NCBI RefSeq assembly: GCF_006345805.1
Contig: NC_043007.1
Span: 68,820,001 to 68,884,000, forward strand
Reading direction: 5' to 3'
Source: Octopus sinensis
Taxonomy: Eukaryota
Length of the DNA: 64,000 bases
A program made the position numbers and the translations under genes. The stretch's first letter is position 1. Every line of letters begins with the position of its first letter. The notes under the pieces are model-generated. The model had not been told where the DNA came from and did not search any database. It was given only the letters and a program-made list of their open reading frames with translations. Below are positions 53,697 through 64,000 of the stretch, piece by piece.

Positions 53697-54097
53697 TCTA
53701 TATATATAAAACTGTAGTTGTGTGAATGTCTGTCCCCTTCGATTTAGATTCCTAACTACTCCCACATTTTGCGGTGCAGTGTAACCAAAACCGGGTATCT
53801 TATAGTCGTGATTCATATCGAGCCCTTCTGGGTATTAGCGCGCGTCTATGATGAGTCTACGATTAAAAAAAAAAATTACCATCATTTTTTTATTCCATTT
53901 TAATGCATTTTTCGCTATTATATAAGGAAAGTAACTCTCTAAAAATGTCTACGATGAGTCAACGATTAAAAAAAATTACCATCATTTTTTATTCCATTTT
54001 TAATGCATTTTTTGCTATTTTTTTGCTATAACTCACTAAAAATGCTTATATAGTTATTTCCCTTACAAACCCGAGCAACTCCGGGCGATACTGCTAG
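53697..54097 (+). mobile_element. Non-autonomous Helitron (~400 bp)
   Basis: A|TC start, 3' hairpin CCCGAGCAACTCCGGG, terminal CTAG. Confidence 0.9.
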
Positions 54098-54613
54098 TCT
54101 ATATATATAAAAGTGAAGTTGTGTTAGTGTCTGTCTCCTACGATTTAGATTCCTAACTACACCCACATTTTGTGGTGCAGTTTAAACAAATTCGAGTATC
54201 TTATAGTCGTGATTCATATCGAGCCCGTCTGGGTATTAGCGCGCGTCTACGATAAGTCTACGATTAAAAAATAATTTACCATCATTTTTTATTCCATTTT
54301 AAGGCATATTTTATCCGTGTGTCGATGGCGGCGGAGTTGGCGTCCATGCTCACACCTGCACCTGTGTTGCTTCTCCCCCTTCTTCCCTCCCTCGTGAAGC
54401 TGTGGGGAAGGGAGTGTAAGGAAATCAACGTCGTAAAGCGTTGTCAAGGAGGCCAGCGTTCTTTTAGAACCATGACTTCATGGCTTGAAGTCGCCAAAAC
54501 AGAAATCGCTAAAAAAGCTGAAACAGATCCACAAAAACGGCAAAAACCGCCACACAGGGCAGGATTCCTGTGCAAACAATTTGCGCAACCGAATGTTTTA
54601 GTTGTTGCACAAA
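54098..54613 (+). mobile_element. Helitron 5' half fused directly to the preceding CTAG; divergent 3' half
   Basis: Junction CTAG|TCTATATATATAAAAG; family homology lost after about 54310. Confidence 0.85.
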
Positions 54614-54998
54614 TCTTTATATATAAAAGTGAAGTTGTGTGTCTGTCTCCTACGATTTAGATTCCTAACTACTCCCACATTTTGCGGTGCAGTTTAACCA
54701 AAACCGAGTATCTTATAGTCGTGATTCATATCGAGCCCTTCTGGGTATTAGCGCGCGTCTACGATGAGTCTACGATTTAAAAAAAAAATTACCATCATTT
54801 TTTCCATTTTAATGCATTTTTTCGCTATTATATAAGGGAAGTAACTCTCTAAAAATGTCTACGATGAGTCAACGATTAAAAAAAAATTACCATCATTTTT
54901 TATTCCATTTTTAATGCATTTTTTTGCTATAACTCTCTAAAAATGCTTATATAGTTATTTCCCTTACAAACCCGAGCAACGCCGGGCGATACTGATAG
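54614..54998 (+). mobile_element. Non-autonomous Helitron (~385 bp)
   Basis: A|TC start, hairpin at 54971-54986, end ATAG|T. Confidence 0.9.
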
Positions 54999-55304
54999 TA
55001 TATATATATATATATATATATAAGTTAAATAATGAGGGTAGAAATTAATAGTAATTAAATTAATATCAATTTAAACCAGTGGCCTAGCATATATAAAAAA
55101 ATCCAAAGATTAAGAAAATTATATTACATACATATATGACGAATGACCACCTGGTGGATTCCTAATATGCTACAAAGAAGACGCCAAATCGTCTAACCAC
55201 GAAGAAAATTGTTCTCAAGAAATTGTGTAGGTTGAGCTAAGTAAAATGTTAGAGTCAGAAACCTTGCTGTTTCTTGAAATACTTGCCAATACATACATCT
55301 AAAG

Positions 55305-55662
55305 TAGGTGTACTCAACCATTTTTTATCTATGGATCCCTTTGATTATTCTATTATTATAATGAACCTCCATAGCTATTCGATGTTTAAAAACTAGTTTT
55401 ATAGAAACTTCTTTCCAAATTTCTATTTTGTTTTTCATACATTAACTTGTGTAGGTTGACCTATGTAAGTTGTTAGAGAAAGAAACCGTGCTGTTTCTTG
55501 CAATACATACAAATACATACATCTGAAGCAAAAATCTTTCAGGGGACCTTAAGATACAATTGTGGATCCTCGGTTTACTATTTTGTTAGGTGAAACGCCT
55601 CCCCCAAATAAAACCTTATATGGACCCCGAGGGATCATATGAATCCCGGTTGAGAACCATTA
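55305..55662. mobile_element. hAT-like MITE
   Basis: Imperfect 15-bp TIRs TAGGTGTACTCAACC / GGTTGAGAACCATTA. Confidence 0.5.
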
Positions 55663-56628
55663 TACAATGACCATAACCTTATCTTTCTCTTTAATGGCAT
55701 ACCAGGTTTTAAGAAATTCCAGAGTTTTGAGTTTATCTCAACTGAAATGGAGCTGGTTTTAATTGTCATTTGGTAATTATAATATATACTCTAGAGACAG
55801 AAATTACTTTAATAAATCAAGAATTTTTGATGAATGGTATTTGATATATCTGTATTTGTCTTTATAAAGCATGAGCTATCTTAGACATAAACTATACTTT
55901 TAAAACGAACGGTAAATAAATTTTAAAAGTTCAGTTTACTACAAAATAAAAATATTCCAATTTTTTGCTATCTAAATACACGACCTTAAATCTAATCCTT
56001 TCTACAATAGGACCAAAGCCTGAAATTTGTTGGGAGGGAACTAGTCGACTATATCGAACCCAGTGTTTCACTGGTACTTAATTTGTCGACACCGAAAGGA
56101 TGAATGCAAAGTCAACCACGTGGGAATTTGAACCCAGAACTCAGCGACGGGCGAAATACCACTAAGCACTTCATAAAGTGTGCTAACGATTCTGCCAGCT
56201 CACCGCCTTCGAGCTTAAAACTAATGAGGATTGAATATGGCAACGAACATACATACATACATACATACAGCAAAACATGTATACAAAAGGTAAATTCAAA
56301 CTGAAAATTATTTTAGGTAAATTAATCACAATGGACTTACGAATATATTGAGGAAAACCAAATTGAAGACTGAAATAACTAAGAAAAAAAAAACACAAGT
56401 CGATACAAAAGCAACGCTACATAAACAGAGAATAAGATACACAAAGAAATGTACTTCATAAATAGAATTAAAAAATATTACATTCAAAATTATGACGAAT
56501 TCTAAAGTAAACAGAGATGGGGAAATTTATTAAACAGTTACTTTTTAGCTATTATCTAGTTAAATCCAGATAATATCTAATATATATAATTAAATAGATA
56601 CATATGCATAGACATACACATATATGTG

Positions 56629-56780
<152 letters not shown>

Positions 56781-58100
56781 CATACATATATATATATATA
56801 TACATAAGAATATATAAGAATATATATATATATATATATATACATATATCAATATTACCTTACCTTATCAATTTTATATATATATGTGTGTGTATTGGTG
56901 TGATTATATATGTATGTGTATATTCTTAAATGTATATAGTTTTTACGAATAGTTACTCTAACAAGATATATATTATTGACTAAAAGAATAAACAGATTCT
57001 TTCAATTCTTCGGGGGCAAAAGAAAGGAAAAAATGAACACTGTAAAAATATGTGAAATCATCACCAAGAGACGATATCTTAGCAGTTAATTGCTATACAG
57101 GCCTAGCTCATGTGCTTCTGTTGTTATCCTTTTTATTAACGATCCAGTTTCTTTAAGAGTTGGGTGCACGTGTGAGTATACCATCATCAGAGCATGTGCT
57201 ATTGTGCGTTTTGTATGTACTGTCATATCATAGTTTCAGATGGAGAATATTGAGGTGGCGGAGTCATACAACCACTTTTTTTCTTTCCTTTTACCGTTAA
57301 AAGAGATCCAAGGTTGAGCAGAAATTTGCGCTCCACAGTACCATGTCAGCCCATTGCATGTCGGTATAGATCAGCATCAATTAGCACTAAACGGCGGGAA
57401 AGGGTTACATGCACGTATGTGCCAAACGAATAAAATTTAAAAAGAAATTTTTTTTTTCCAAGAATAATTTTTATATGTATTTTCAATTTAAATAAGATCA
57501 GAAATTATAATAGTTGTTATTCTCTCGCACAGTAAGATTTACAATGTTATTTTCGGAAAGTACCCGTAAAACATTCACATTCTCTTACATCCAGATTGGG
57601 TATAAATTCATAGATTCTTGCATTCTTGTTGTCAAACGATTGTATAAATGGAGAAAAAGCGCTCTTCCGTCTAGAGCTGGTTGAAGTGTCACTTTATTTT
57701 TGTGTTATCTAGATCATCATAATCATCATAGTCATCATCATTATCGTCGTCGTGGTGATGGTGGTCGTCGTCTATCACATCTAATAATGAAGGAAAGGCA
57801 GAAAAACTTAATCGCTATATAACTCTTTCATTTGCGACTTGATTTCTCCCATCGGTAAGCGTCGCTTACGTCTAAGCGCATTTGACGAAGTAGACGCTCG
57901 GACATTAATCGATGGCTGTTAACCACGCAAAATTTTAGAAACATCTATTGGTGATGCTCGTTGTTATGTAATGAAACATCAGTTGATGATGACCGCCGTT
58001 TAAGGGTTAATTTGACACAACTATCGTTGCCGGAATGATGAAAAACAAATTTGAAAACAGCAGGGTTTGAACTGAGTGTAAAGAATCCTATCATATATAA

Positions 58101-59372
58101 CGAAGGTGGGTTGAAAAGTTCAAAGACTGACTTGGAATGAATGATGCTACAGTTGTGAAATCTTGCATGCATTAATTTCAGCTCTCCTTATTAACAACCA
58201 CATTCTTTCTTTCCGGGTAAACTGACATCTGACTGTTCAAAGAAAGTAACTATTATCGATTTTTTTAGAACTGACAAAATTTGGCATTGCGGTGTTATCA
58301 AATGCCTGGAGAAAAAACTTAAGCTCCCCAACGACACTCATGCTGACATGTTTGCCAAATTAGGGAATGACGGCACAGCTTTATCAAAAGTGCAAGAGTA
58401 GGCAGCTGAATTTAGGAAGGAAAGATAGAGTCGGGAAGATGACCCAAAGTTTGGACGTCCGGCAACTGCTACTACCGAGATAAAAACATTGATTGTGTTC
58501 ACCACATGATGACGAATAACAGACGATTGACAATAACTCAGCATAACCCATGAGAGACGTGAGAATATTCTGCGCAATGAGTTTGACATGGCAAATTTTT
58601 CTGCTCGATAGGTGTCACGTCTTCTGACACCTGATCAAAAGCGCACCTGACTGATCACCTCACCAGAAAATCTGCCATTATTTAAGTTTAAGCAGATCCA
58701 CTGGTTTCCTTGAATGTTTCCTAACCTAGGATGAGTGTTGGCTTCATCACTTTGAGCCAGAGACAAAAAGACAATCCATGCAGTGGGAACACCCCACCAC
58801 ATCCGCTCCTAAGAAGGTCACAGTCGTTTCATCTACAAGAAAGGTGATGGGATCTGTTTTGGGGGACGCCAAAGGTATTGTGTTTATTGGATATTTTCAG
58901 AAGGGCCACATCATCAATGGCGAGTATTCTGCCAACTTGCTAAGGCTGTTTCAAAAGGCTATCAAAACCAAACGGCCAGGGAAACTGACGAAAGAGGCTT
59001 TGTTTCATAAGAACAATACTCTAGCAAACACGTCATTGGATTCAATGGCTGCTGTGCGTGATTGTGGCTTTGAACTAGTTGATCATTCTGCCGATTCTCC
59101 TGATTTGGCCCCATCTGACTATCATCTTTTCCCCAAAAAGAAAAAACACTTGGTTCAGAATCAGTATCGCATTCACGATGACTTCATATCTGCTGTTGAT
59201 GACTTTTTTGAGCGTTAGGACAACACTTCTTGACCAATATGATTCAAGTACTGAAACATCGATGGAAGAAGCGTATGGACTGCAGTGAGAGTTATGTTTA
59301 AATATAAACCTCATTTGGTCACATTCCATGAGAGCATCTTGGTCAGTCTATGAATTTTTCAGCCGAACCTTG
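58101..59372 (+). mobile_element. Mariner (DD34D) transposon with decayed transposase
   Basis: Imperfect TIRs CGAAGGTGGGTTGAAAAGTTCA / TGAATTTTTCAGCCGAACCTTG; *VSRLLTPDQK, DECWLHHFEPETKRQSMQW, SPDLAPSDYHLF. Confidence 0.92.
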
Positions 59373-60027
59373 TATGCACTATATATATATATACATGTAT
59401 ATATGGGTTCAAGATGCCACCAACGGTTCAAGTAACATGCAGTACGCAAACAAACGAGTTAAATATGTAAACAACGAGAATAAGTTGGAGGACAGGACAA
59501 ATAAACACAAAGACGCTTCATCAGTTGCCGACTGTCTATCTACTTCTGATTTTGAGTATTCAATGACAATGTGAGTCTTCAAAGACAGTTGCTCCCATAA
59601 ATTCTAAAATAAAATTTAGGATTTATGGAGGGTCAAAGTTGGGAACAAAACATGACAGTGGAGACATACAAGGAAACCGAACGAAGAAGCATGGAGGGTC
59701 GTTAGACCAGAACAAGAGAAAAATAGCGAACGGTGTGAGAAATACTTTTTTGAAAAGAGAAAAGATAGAAGGGAAAGAAAAAAAACAACGTTCGTTCTTT
59801 TCAACGACCGTGCAGGAAAAGAAAGATGGTCACGTGAGGAAAAGAAAGATGGACGATGGTCACGATTGAGCAACGAGAGGGACAGAGAGTAAGAGGGCGA
59901 ATCGGTGAAGAAGGAAGGAGGAGAAAAATGGAATTAGAGAAGGATAGAGGAAAAACAGTATAGAGAAGAGAGTCGCATCAAAAAGGTGAAGATAATCTTG
60001 GAAATGGATGTATGGCGTTCAATTAAA

Positions 60028-60092
<65 letters not shown>

Positions 60093-60093
<1 letters not shown>

Positions 60094-60935
60094 TAGCAGA
60101 ATTGCCCGGCGTTGCTCGGGGCTGAATTGCTTGAAGGTACTGTTAATGATTGCACTGAATTATGATGATTATTCAGGCAAATATTGATATAAGCTTACGG
60201 TGGGAGATAAGGACTTAACGATAAAACGTGTGCCATTGCATTGTTTTGGGGGAACCAAATTTCTGATGAGCATATAGGGGCACCAACTTTAAGTTTGAGA
60301 AAGTGTGGTGGTAGTCCGGGGTGCTCAAAGGAATTGAGTACCTCTATTGGATAGTTGATGACGTCCTCTGGGTCAGGAGTTGTATCGATAGACTGATATA
60401 CATAGACTTCCCCAGGAATGAGTTTTAGCATTTCATCATTAATATGGTGAACAGTTTTATTCCTCGGGGCCAGTATAGCCTTTTTGCCAATCCAATCCAT
60501 ATTCTGATAATTAGCTTGTAGATCTGGGAACACTGCATCTCTGAGATCAGAAGGCGTCTTAACAATGGTACAAATGGAATCGATGGCAATATTACCATTT
60601 TCATCCCCTGGTATTTTGCCTTCGCCAAGTGCAAGGAGAGTGTGAGGAATGCTGCTGATGTGATATTACGTCGCATATGAGCACGCATATTGGTGTGAAG
60701 TTTGAGATTTACTTCCCTTTATTAAAAAAATATGCATTAAAATGGAAAAAAATGATGGTAAATTATTGTAAAATCATAGACTCATCGTAGACGCGCGCTA
60801 ATACCCAGAAGGGCTCGATATGAATCACGACTATAAGATACCCGGTTTTGGTTAAACTGCATCGCAAAATGTGGGAGTAGTTAGGAATCTAAATCGGAGT
60901 AGACAGACACACAACCTTTCTTTTATATATAAATA
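60093..60935 (-). mobile_element. Helitron deletion derivative retaining a PIF1-helicase fragment
   Basis: Same termini as the 400-bp family (hairpin plus CTAG at 60093-60096); KAILAPRNKTVHHIN..NYPIEVLNSFEHPGLPPHFLKLKVGAPI. Confidence 0.92.
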
Positions 60936-61441
60936 TTTTCGTCCTAAAAAACTTTGTATGGATTGAATGGTTACCTCTATGGAAATATATACACGCACAT
61001 TATACATACATGTGTGTATAGATGAATATATAAATACATTTAAATATCTATATACACTTTTGGGCGATCTTTCTGTTTCTTAGAGATAACTTTAGATCTT
61101 ATTTTCGTCCTAAAAAACTTTGTATGGAGTGAATGGTTACGTCTATGGAAATATATACACACACGTTATACATACATGTGTGCATAGATGAATATATAAT
61201 ACATTTATATATCTATATACACTTTTGGGCGATATTTGTGCTACTTAGAGATAACTTAGTTCTTATTTTTTTCGTCCTAAAAAATTTGTGCGGAGTGAAT
61301 GGTTACGTCTATGGAAATATATACACACACATTATACATCTGTGTATAGATGAATATATAAATACATTTAAATATCTATATACACTTTTGGGCGATCTTT
61401 CTGCTACTTGGATATAGTTCTTCTATTCGTCCTAAAAAACT
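60936..61441. repeat. ~166-bp tandem repeat, about 3 copies
   Basis: GTCCTAAAAAA at 60941, 61107, 61274 and 61429. Confidence 0.9.
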
Positions 61442-61687
61442 TTCCTGTCACACACTCACGCACACGCACACACACACACACACACGCACCCTCACACACA
61501 CACACGCACACACACACTCACACACACGCACACACACACGTTAGCTTACAATTTTATTTATATATTTGCGTGTCTATGTGTGTAAAGAGGAAGTGGCAGA
61601 GTGAAAGAGTCACTCACTACAAAAAGTGAATTACTTTCACTTTATTCGTTGCACACTGCGTGTGTGTGCGTGTGCGTGTCGTGTAGG

Positions 61688-62066
61688 CCACACTAAGAAA
61701 AGCATTTGACTTAGACACCACAATGTGAGTTTTCTCTAAATTTTGCTTAATTGGGGTTGAAATTTTTAAAACTGGACCTGGCACGACCCGATGCATTCTA
61801 CTCTTAAAAATGCTAGGTAAATTGTAATTGAAGAAATCCTATATTGTAGATTTCTATAAGATACAAAGGGGGGCAGATAAAATCTGCCTTTTATAATAAG
61901 ATATATATATATATATATGTAATATATTATATGTATATATATAAATTATATGTATATATATATATATATATATTATATGTGTGTGTGTTATGTATATATA
62001 TATATATATATGTGTATATATATATATATATTATATATATGTATATATATTATATGTATATATAAA

Positions 62067-62098
<32 letters not shown>

Positions 62099-62126
62099 TG
62101 TGTGTGTATGTATATATATATATATA

Positions 62127-62171
<45 letters not shown>

Positions 62172-62414
62172 GGGTGGTGTGTGATTGTGTATAGAAGAAT
62201 CTCTTATTATAAAAGGCAGATTTTATCTGCCTCCTTTGTCTCTTATAGAAATCTACAATATAGGATTTCTTCAATTTCAATTTACCTAGCATTTTTAAGA
62301 GTAGAATGCATCGGGTCGTGCCAGGTCCAGTTTTTAAAATTTCAACCCCAATTAAGCAAAATTTAGAGAAAACTCACATTGTGGTGTCTAAGTCAAGTGC
62401 TTTTCTTAGTGTGG
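61688..62414. repeat. Inverted pair of ~213-bp arms around an AT-microsatellite spacer
   Basis: 61688-61901 vs 62202-62414; extra match 61635-61653 vs 62520-62538; each arm has a GGCAGA..TCTGCC hairpin. Confidence 0.9.
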
Positions 62415-63346
62415 GCTATAGCACACGCCACACACACACACACACACACACACACAAAGGGAGTGATCTGATTCACTCACGCTATCACTCTAATTTCTAC
62501 GACTTTCTCTTTGCAAGTTTGCAACGAATAAAGTGAAACTATTTCTATAACACGAGAGAGGTGTACCTTAAACCACTACTAAAAAAAAACACAGCAAACA
62601 GAAACAAATAAATACATAACGATTTACTCCTCACACAATTTCTTCAATTAGAGTTTACCCATGATTTTTCTATTGGGTCATGTACTTCTATTGGGTCATG
62701 CCATACAAAATTTCTTTCAATTTTACCCCCAATTAAGACAAAATTCGAGAAAACTCAATATTTTAACATTTCACTCCGAAAGCATTGATGTACATGTGTG
62801 CGTGCGTGAGTGTGTGTGTGTCATTCCTTACACACACGTATACACATACATATATGACAGTGACAAACACAAACGTTTCAAACAACTACATACAAACACG
62901 TGTGTGTTTGTTATTAGTAAAAAACGCGCCAAACACAACTCACTTCTCATTCCAACACATTTGCAAAGACACAAGGACGGTTGAATTGCTATAACAATAC
63001 AGAAAAGGTAAATTGGCTTTTATTTTACTTTCTGTCGTTAAATTTTGTAGTATTAATTGGCGACCCGAGTTCTTTCAGTATAGATTTAACATACATAATA
63101 TATACACAATTCTGTATATATTTTATTATATAATATATATATAGATATATGTATATATAATTGCAGTATGAAACAGTGTTTATGTATAAACAGACGACAC
63201 TTATATATAGTTATTAATAAATGTATGCATCCGTTTAAGAAAAACCAAAAAATATTTTATTCTTTATAAATGTTGTGTTCAAAATAACATTTTCTTTTAA
63301 GAATGTGTATATAACAAAGTATGTGTATATAACTAGGTGGCTTATA

Positions 63347-63743
63347 TCTTTATATATAAGAGTGAAGTTGTGTGTCTGTCTCCTACGATTTAGATTCGTA
63401 ACTACTCCCACATTTTGCGGTGCAGTTTAACCAAAAGCGGGTATCTTATAGTCGTGATTCATATCGAGCCCTTCTGGGTATTAGCGCGCGTCTACGATGA
63501 GTCTACGATTTAAAAAAAATTTACCATCATATTTTTCCATTTTAATGCATTTTTGTCGCTATTATATAAGGGAAGTCACTCTATAAAAATATCTACGATG
63601 TGTCAACGATTTAAAAAAAAATTACCGTAATTTTTTTTCAATTTTTAATGCATTTTCTTGCTATTTTTTGGCTATAACTCTCTAAAAATGCTTATATAGT
63701 TATTTCCCTTACAAACCCGAGCAACGCCGGGCGATACTGCTAG
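63347..63743 (+). mobile_element. Non-autonomous Helitron (~400 bp)
   Basis: A|TC ... CCCGAGCAACGCCGGG ... CTAG|T, the canonical A-T insertion. Confidence 0.92.
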
Positions 63744-64000
63744 TATATTAATAAAAGGAATTCCAAACTTGTCTGATTTTCTCGTTTTATTTACAATCTT
63801 ATAATGATATAAGATAATATAGTATAGTATAATAAAATAAAATAATAGAATGTAAAATGTTCATTCTGATTGAACTAGTACTTTCATGCATTAAATTCTG
63901 CAATCTTCAGGTTCATGTAGTAGTGGTGACAGTCATGCTTCACAATTTTTGACTGTAACGAGATGATTGAATCTGTGCTTTAAATACAGCTGTGTAGTCT

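Noticed and set aside
59570-59640. Long hairpin resembling a PLE hammerhead stem II
   Set aside because: Both core segments are missing in this copy.

Overview
AT-rich, repeat-saturated animal genomic DNA. The very high microsatellite density and the SINE families resemble a coleoid cephalopod, probably Octopus (recognition, not verified). No intact protein-coding gene is visible: almost all listed ORFs are microsatellite read-throughs or decayed transposon fragments, and only four weak candidate exons were seen. The window holds several tRNA-derived SINE families, a ~560-bp element bounded by (ATT)n, R4/Dong-type RLE LINE fragments, a Tx1-like LINE, a CR1/L2-like end, Penelope-like elements (PLEs), Tc1 and mariner relics, a Helitron cluster, long palindromes and near-identical tandem duplications. 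The most notable signal is a set of type I hammerhead-ribozyme (HHR) motifs in PLE-like repeats, found and folded by eye. Besides canonical C3-G8 cores there is a G3-C8 core (in a perfect 149-bp palindrome) and a U3-A8 core. The U3-A8 motif lies in a ~790-bp tandem unit that also carries a canonical HHR on the opposite strand. No activity is shown, and some duplications may be assembly artefacts.
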